A DNA stretch of 11,535 bases. Origin: Vulcanimicrobiota bacterium. Lineage in GTDB: Bacteria > Vulcanimicrobiota > Vulcanimicrobiia > Vulcanimicrobiales > Vulcanimicrobiaceae. Under the pieces are notes generated by a model. The model ran no database searches. It saw nothing but the letters and a program-made list of their open reading frames with translations, and had not been told where the DNA came from. Both the position numbers and the translations under genes were made by a program. Numbering within the stretch: position 1 is the stretch's first letter; every line of letters begins with the position of its first letter. Positions 7,084 to 11,535 of the stretch are shown here, in pieces. The stretch lies in the NCBI GenBank assembly GCA_003133025.1, contig PKZK01000222.1, positions 14,314 through 25,848 of the forward strand. Direction: 5' to 3'.

Positions 7084-8178
7084 TTAGACCGGCGCGAGCG
7101 GCACGCGCAAGTGGAAGCGCGCGCCTCCGAGCGACGAGCGTACGACGTCGACCTCGCCGCCGATGCGCTCGATCATCAGTCGCACGAGCGCGAGCCCGAG
7201 CCCGTTGCCCTGCGAACGCGCGTTGACCCCGCGCCGTTCGAGCATGAAGACCGCGACGCGCTCGCCCGAGGGTACGCCGGGACCATCGTCGTCGACGCGA
7301 ATCTCGGCGTAGCGGTCGTTGAGTTGCGACGCCGAAACGAAGATGCGGCCCGCGTCGCGGCCGTGCTTGATGGCGTTCTCCATCACGTTGATCAAAATTT
7401 GCGTCAGCCTGTCCGTCGAAAGCATCACGCGGCGCCTTTCCCACGACAGTTGGGTGATGACCGTCCGGCGTCCGCCGGCCGCGGGCATGACCGCGTCGAG
7501 CGCGGCGGCAAGCGCCACCAAGAGATCGCCTTCACCTTCGCCGCCGCGCGCCTCGGAGTCGAGCAATGCGAGTTCGTGAAGACCGTCGACCAGGCGGCCC
7601 ATGCGCGCGGCCTCGCCCTGCGCGGTTTCCAGAAAGCGCCGCGCCGTTTCGGCATCGAGTTCTTCGTCCAGCAACGTTTCGAGATAGCCGCGGATGGCCG
7701 TTAGGGGCGTGCGCAACTCGTGTCCGATCGAGGTGAAAAAGGCATGCCGCTCGCGCTCGCCGGCACCGTGACGCAACGCTTCTTCGACGGCTTGGTGCAG
7801 CCGGCGAAGGCTGGAGAACGCGGGCACGATCGTCCAGCCGGTCTCGGGCTGCACGCCCGTGGCGATGCGCAGCGCGGTAGCCAGTCGCACGAGCGTTGCG
7901 CGACAATCGGTCGGGGCGGCAACGCACTCGCGCTCGCGGGCCGGCGAGAGGAGCGCCACGACGATGTGCGCGCCGCCGTCGTGCCCCAGCACGTCGCCGG
8001 TGCGCAAGAGACGGCCGCGCGCTTCGGTCAGCGCGTGCAAGCAGCGCCGCGCCAAGGCGCGCTCGCCCGCGGAGACCGGCACGCCCGCGCTGCGGGCCAG
8101 TTCCCGCACGCGCAGCACGAGCAGCGGTACCTGCTGGTCGTCGGTGTGCGCGCGAAGCTTGCGGCACAGCGACGTCAT
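7084..8178 (-). CDS. Soluble sensor histidine kinase (HisKA/HATPase_c) with an N-terminal degenerate GGDEF-like domain
   Basis: H-box FFTSIGHELRTPLTAIRGYLETLL, N-box QILINVMENAIKH, G1 VDDDGPGV, G2 GNGLGLALV. N-terminus contains LLRTGDVLGHDGGAHIVVALL. No TM helix. ATG at 8178 is preferred over the TTG at 8223, which overlaps the regulator. The start is uncertain. Confidence 0.9.
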   Translation of the reverse strand: MTSLCRKLRAHTDDQQVPLLVLRVRELARSAGVPVSAGERALARRCLHALTEARGRLLRTGDVLGHDGGAHIVVALLSPARERECVAAPTDCRATLVRLATALRIATGVQPETGWTIVPAFSSLRRLHQAVEEALRHGAGERERHAFFTSIGHELRTPLTAIRGYLETLLDEELDAETARRFLETAQGEAARMGRLVDGLHELALLDSEARGGEGEGDLLVALAAALDAVMPAAGGRRTVITQLSWERRRVMLSTDRLTQILINVMENAIKHGRDAGRIFVSASQLNDRYAEIRVDDDGPGVPSGERVAVFMLERRGVNARSQGNGLGLALVRLMIERIGGEVDVVRSSLGGARFHLRVPLAPV

Positions 8179-8197
8179 GCTCTCGATCTCGCGCGCC

Positions 8198-8887
8198 TCA
8201 GGGCTGCGTGAACTTGTAACCAAAGCCGTGAATCGTGTGGACGCAGGCGGGCAACCCGCTCTGTTCTTCGAGTTTCATGCGCAGGCGCCGGACGTGCACG
8301 TCGACGGTCCGCTGATCGCCGTCGAAGTCGTAGCCCCACACGCGCTCGAGCAGCGCGTCGCGCGAAAGCGCGAGGCCCGGCCGGTCGGCGAGCGCGCGCA
8401 GCAGTGCGAATTCGCGCGGCTTCAAGCCGACCGAATTGCCGTCGACGCGCACTTCGCGCGCGCGGTCGTCGATCTCCAGCCGCCCGAAGCGCAGGAGTTG
8501 CGGGCCGGGTTCGTGCGGTTGGCCGCTGCGACGCAGGATGGCGCGCACGCGGGCCACGATCTCACGCGGCGAGAATGGCTTCACCACGTAGTCGTCGGCG
8601 CCGAGTTCGAGCCCGACGATGCGGTCGATCTCGTCGGCGCGCGCGGTCAGCATCAGGATCGGCGCGGCGTGCCCCTCACGACGTAATGTCCGCGCGACGT
8701 CGAAACCATCGACGCCGGGCAACCCGACGTCGAGGACGATCAGCGCAACGCCGTCGCGGCCGTGACGAAGCGCAGCGTTGCCGTCGGGGGCTTCGACCGT
8801 GATGAAGCCGTCGCGCGAAAGATGGTGCACGAGGAGTTCGCGGATGGCCGGGTCGTCTTCAGCGACCAGGACGCGCAACGATGCCAT
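8198..8887 (-). CDS. OmpR/PhoB-family response regulator (REC + winged-helix)
   Basis: MASLRVLVAEDD...LIVLDVGLPG...LMLTAR...GADDYVVKPFSPREIVARVRAILRR...LKPREFALL...LSRDALLERVWGYDF...RTVDVHVRRLRMKLE...HTIHGFGYKF. ATG at 8887 gives a normal 229-aa length. Confidence 0.96.
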   Translation of the reverse strand: MASLRVLVAEDDPAIRELLVHHLSRDGFITVEAPDGNAALRHGRDGVALIVLDVGLPGVDGFDVARTLRREGHAAPILMLTARADEIDRIVGLELGADDYVVKPFSPREIVARVRAILRRSGQPHEPGPQLLRFGRLEIDDRAREVRVDGNSVGLKPREFALLRALADRPGLALSRDALLERVWGYDFDGDQRTVDVHVRRLRMKLEEQSGLPACVHTIHGFGYKFTQP

Positions 8888-9066
8888 GACGTCATAAGTG
8901 CCCAGCGACGGCGGGTTCCGTCCCGCGGGGACCGTCCGTGTCCGCCGCAGGTTCGCACCCGGCAAGCCGGCGCCTGCCGGACGTTACCAGAAAACGCGCG
9001 TCCCCGCATGCGGGGGCCTTCTCGAAGGAAAAGGAACCTCTCCAGCCAGCCTACGCCGGAGGATCC

Positions 9067-10017
9067 ATGCATTTTGCTCGCATCGCGCTGGCCGCGCTCG
9101 CCCTCGGATTGACGCAGGGTGCGATCGTTCGCGCCGACGTGCTCGATACCAAGTTGCCCGCACAGGCCTGGAGCAAGACCTTCGGCAACATGCGCGTGCA
9201 AAAATACGGAAGCGGCAGTCCGGCGCTCATCCTGGTTCCGGGCTTGGCTTGCGGACCGTGGTCGTATCGCGACACGATCGGGCGTGAAGCCGCGAAGCAT
9301 GCGGTGTATGCCGTGACGCTGGCCGGCTTCGACGGCCTGCCCGCGGGTGAGGACGCCACGCTCGATGCAGCCGAGGCGAGCATCGTTACGTTGATAACGA
9401 GCGAACATTTGGATAAGCCCGTGCTCGTCGGCCACTCGCTCGGCGGAACGCTCGCGCTGCGCTTCGGCATCGATCATTCAGACTTGGTGCGAGCCGTGGT
9501 CGCGGTCGACGGTCTACCCGTTTTTGCAAGCCTCGCCGAGGCGAGCGCGGAACAACGCGCCGCGGCCGCGCAACAGTTTTATACGAGCGTCAATTCGGCT
9601 TCCGCGGCCGACTACGCAAAGGTCGAGACCGGCTACGTCGACGATTACGTGACGGACCAAACGCTGGCCGCGAAAGTGGCCACTCTGGCCTTACGCAGCG
9701 ACCAGAAGGCGGTCGCGGAGTACGGCAAGGAGCTCCAACTGCTCGACCTCCGGCCGCAACTGTCGAAGATTGCCGTGCCGGCCGCCGAGATCGCGCCGAT
9801 TCCATCGGTGCCGTTGCCCAGTTACATGCCGGCCTTCATGGCGCAGATGAGCGCGAGCGATCGCAGCGCCGTAACGATCGGCTTCTATCAATCGCTGCTG
9901 GCGGGCGCGCCTGCCATCAAGGTCTTACCGGTGGCCGATTCGCGCCACTTCATCATGCTCGACCAGCCCGCCGCCTTCGCCTCGACGCTCGACGGATTCA
10001 TCGCAACGCTGAAGTAG
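9067..10017 (+). CDS. Secreted alpha/beta-fold hydrolase
   Basis: Signal-peptide-like MHFARIALAALALGLTQGAIVRA|D, GSGSPALILVPGL, nucleophile elbow VGHSLGG, C-terminal SRHFIMLDQP (catalytic His). GGAGGA at 9058-9063 precedes the ATG. Confidence 0.9.
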   Translation: MHFARIALAALALGLTQGAIVRADVLDTKLPAQAWSKTFGNMRVQKYGSGSPALILVPGLACGPWSYRDTIGREAAKHAVYAVTLAGFDGLPAGEDATLDAAEASIVTLITSEHLDKPVLVGHSLGGTLALRFGIDHSDLVRAVVAVDGLPVFASLAEASAEQRAAAAQQFYTSVNSASAADYAKVETGYVDDYVTDQTLAAKVATLALRSDQKAVAEYGKELQLLDLRPQLSKIAVPAAEIAPIPSVPLPSYMPAFMAQMSASDRSAVTIGFYQSLLAGAPAIKVLPVADSRHFIMLDQPAAFASTLDGFIATLK

Positions 10018-10026
10018 ACGGTGCGC

Positions 10027-10230
10027 CTATTTGGCGATCATCACCTCGGTGGCTTTGACGATCACGCGCACCGTGTCGCCCGGCTGCAGGTTGAGGTTTT
10101 CCACCGACGAGCGGGTGATGGCGGCAACGATGGTCGCGGGATCGACCTCGACGACGACTTCGGCCATGATCGTGCCCAACCGGGTCGAGACCACTTTGCC
10201 CGGCAGCTGATTTCGCGCGCTGATTTCCAT
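10027..10230 (-). CDS. Mop/TOBE-domain molybdate-binding protein (molbindin)
   Basis: MEISARNQLPGKV...MAEVVVEV...IVAAITRSSVENLNLQPGDTVRVIVKATEVMI. Carries the SARN and IT-x-x-S motifs and the K-A-S/T end of single-domain Mop proteins. 67 aa. Confidence 0.92.
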   Translation of the reverse strand: MEISARNQLPGKVVSTRLGTIMAEVVVEVDPATIVAAITRSSVENLNLQPGDTVRVIVKATEVMIAK

Positions 10231-10271
10231 AGACCATTCTCTGCCCGGAAGCTCGTCATGCCCTGCTCCGG

Positions 10272-10760
10272 CTAGGGTGGGCTGAGGACTTGCACGTCGA
10301 CGACGTTACGCACCCAACGGGCGTGGTGCTTCTCGTCGGGAACCACCAGGCGGAACGGGCCGTCCTTGCCGATCGCCGCACCGTCTTGCCGGTCGGCCAG
10401 CAGCACCACCTTGTCGGTGAAGCGCGGATCGAGTTCGATCAGCGCGAAGACGGCGCGATAGCCGTCGGCGGCGCGAACCAAGACGTAGTCGGCAACCGCG
10501 CGGCCGCGCAGCGCCTCGCCATGCGGCGCGCCGCCGGCTGCCAGCAGCGCCCCGAGATCGACGCCCGAGTAGGTTACGTTCTTGCCGTTCTCGTCGACGA
10601 CCGCGAGCGTCTTACGCGGCAAGCCGGCCAACGATTGCGCGCTCAGCGTGATCCGCGGGAGTGCCGCGGTTGCCGGAACGGGTGGCGGGGGCGTCTGCGC
10701 CGTTGCGCCGCCGGCCAGCGCCGGAAAGAGCGCAGCCAAAAGGGGGAGCCAGAACCTCAT
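10272..10760 (-). CDS. Secreted protein with a molybdopterin-oxidoreductase (sulfite oxidase/YedY-like) fold, lacking cysteine
   Basis: Sec-type signal MRFWLPLLAALFPALAGGATA|Q. Motifs TYSGVDLGALL, VLVRAADGYRAVF, VLLADRQDG...GPFRLVVP...RWVRNV are typical of the Oxidored_molyb domain. The start could instead be the ATG at 10772. Confidence 0.8.
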   Translation of the reverse strand: MRFWLPLLAALFPALAGGATAQTPPPPVPATAALPRITLSAQSLAGLPRKTLAVVDENGKNVTYSGVDLGALLAAGGAPHGEALRGRAVADYVLVRAADGYRAVFALIELDPRFTDKVVLLADRQDGAAIGKDGPFRLVVPDEKHHARWVRNVVDVQVLSPP

Positions 10761-10850
10761 GCCTGCGTGCATTTTCCGCCCTCGCCGCGGCGGCCTGGGA
10801 AACACCGCGTGGGCGTCGAATGGGCCGCCGGTGCCGGAGGTCGTACACCC

Positions 10851-11450
10851 GTGATTCGTTTCGAGAACGTCGCAGCTAGCACTGCGTTAACGCTTGCGCT
10901 GCTCACCGCCGGATGCGCGGGCGGGCCCAGTTCCGTGCAAAGCGGCGCCGTCGCGAGCGCGGTTCTGCCGCAAGGCGCCGACTCCGGTGGGCTAAAATAT
11001 CGCTTGCGCTCGCAACGGTGCTCCGCAGGCGGTGGCACGTGGACGTTTCCGGCTTTTGCAAAGCAGCTCGACGCGAGCCTCGCCTACGGTTCCAGTCACT
11101 GCGCCGCCGGGAGCGACGTCATGGCCTTTTCCGAACTCGACGATTACGGCTGGCCCGTGCCCGCGGGCTATTCGTTCGTGCTCGCCTTCGGCGTCGACTT
11201 CGGCAAGGTCAAGTTGATCTTTCAAGGCACGGGCTTAACGGGATCGGTTTCGTCGTCGCTCTTCTCCTCGAGCGACTCGTACACGCTCTTCATCTACGAT
11301 GGTTCCAAGAAACTGCTCTCCCAGCAGAGCCTTGGTTCGCCGTCGGGTCAGACGCTGCAACTCTCCTCGCCCCTGCAGGGCGGATTCAAATTTGCGGGCA
11401 TCCACGAGGGGCAGTATCTCAGCTTCGAGATCGCGGCGGCTGCCACGTAA
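10851..11450 (+). CDS. Hypothetical lipoprotein (199 aa)
   Basis: GTG at 10851 with SD GGAGGT at 10836-10841. MIRFENVAASTALTLALLTAG|C lipobox-like signal (Cys22, codon 10914-10916), Ser/Gly-rich tether, then a beta-rich-looking domain. Confidence 0.8.
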   Translation: MIRFENVAASTALTLALLTAGCAGGPSSVQSGAVASAVLPQGADSGGLKYRLRSQRCSAGGGTWTFPAFAKQLDASLAYGSSHCAAGSDVMAFSELDDYGWPVPAGYSFVLAFGVDFGKVKLIFQGTGLTGSVSSSLFSSSDSYTLFIYDGSKKLLSQQSLGSPSGQTLQLSSPLQGGFKFAGIHEGQYLSFEIAAAAT

Positions 11451-11454
11451 GCAC

Positions 11455-11475
11455 GGCCGGTTCACGAACCCGGCC
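11455..11475. terminator. Possible stem-loop between convergent genes
   Basis: ggccggttc-ac-gaa(c)ccggcc imperfect inverted repeat between stops at 11450 (+) and 11485 (-). No U-tract. Confidence 0.35.
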
Positions 11476-11484
11476 TAATCGGCG

Positions 11485-11535
11485 TTACGCTTTATCGTGA
11501 TCGTGATCGTGATCGTGGTCGTGGTCGTGGTCGTG
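11485..11535 (-). CDS. C-terminal end of a gene entering from the right edge, with a (His-Asp)n tail
   Basis: Minus frame reads HDHDHDHDHDHDHDKA-stop (TAA at 11487-11485). The only variation among repeat units (GAC vs GAT) is synonymous in this frame. Confidence 0.7.
   Translation of the reverse strand, partial: HDHDHDHDHDHDHDKA
11494..11535. repeat. Hexanucleotide tandem repeat (ATCGTG)4(GTCGTG)3, running off the window edge
   Basis: Read directly from the sequence. Confidence 0.95.

Noticed and set aside
7963..8004. Active diguanylate cyclase
   Set aside because: The signature is GGAHI, not GG(D/E)EF, and the first-strand Asp is missing. At most a non-catalytic domain.
7111..8802. Plus-strand ORFs 7111-7704, 7720-8211, 7859-8686 and 8404-8802
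   Set aside because: Antisense shadows of the two-component pair.
10290..10850. 5' part of the 386-aa ORF 10290-11450
   Set aside because: Antisense to the SUOX-fold gene. The real start is the GTG at 10851, with an SD and a lipoprotein signal.
11494..11535. CRISPR array or telomere-like repeat at the right edge
   Set aside because: Simple 6-bp tandem unit with no spacers, best explained as His-Asp codons.

Overview
High-GC bacterial chromosomal window (roughly two-thirds GC by eye). The protein styles would fit a terrabacterial lineage such as Vulcanimicrobiota/Eremiobacterota, but that is only an impression. The left end is the start of the str operon on the minus strand (rpsL-rpsG-fusA, fusA truncated) with a clear sigma70-type promoter and a structured leader. 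Upstream lies a signalling-rich accessory block. It contains a divergent pair of tiny ORFs (one ribbon-helix-helix-like) around a perfect operator-like palindrome, a 1464-aa hybrid protein (HisKA-HATPase-REC-3xPAS-GAF-PP2C/SpoIIE-RsbW-like) behind a sigmaB/SigF-like promoter, and cutA. A convergent OmpR-type two-component pair follows, whose soluble kinase appears to use a catalytically dead GGDEF domain with an intact RxxD I-site as its only input. Further right are a secreted alpha/beta hydrolase, a Mop/TOBE molbindin, a secreted Cys-less sulfite-oxidase-fold protein, a lipoprotein, and the (His-Asp)n tail of a gene entering from the right edge. The best novelty candidate is the putative c-di-GMP-sensing GGDEF*-histidine kinase/OmpR system. 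No mobile element, CRISPR array, tRNA or rRNA was seen. All calls come from reading motifs by eye, and no database searches were run.
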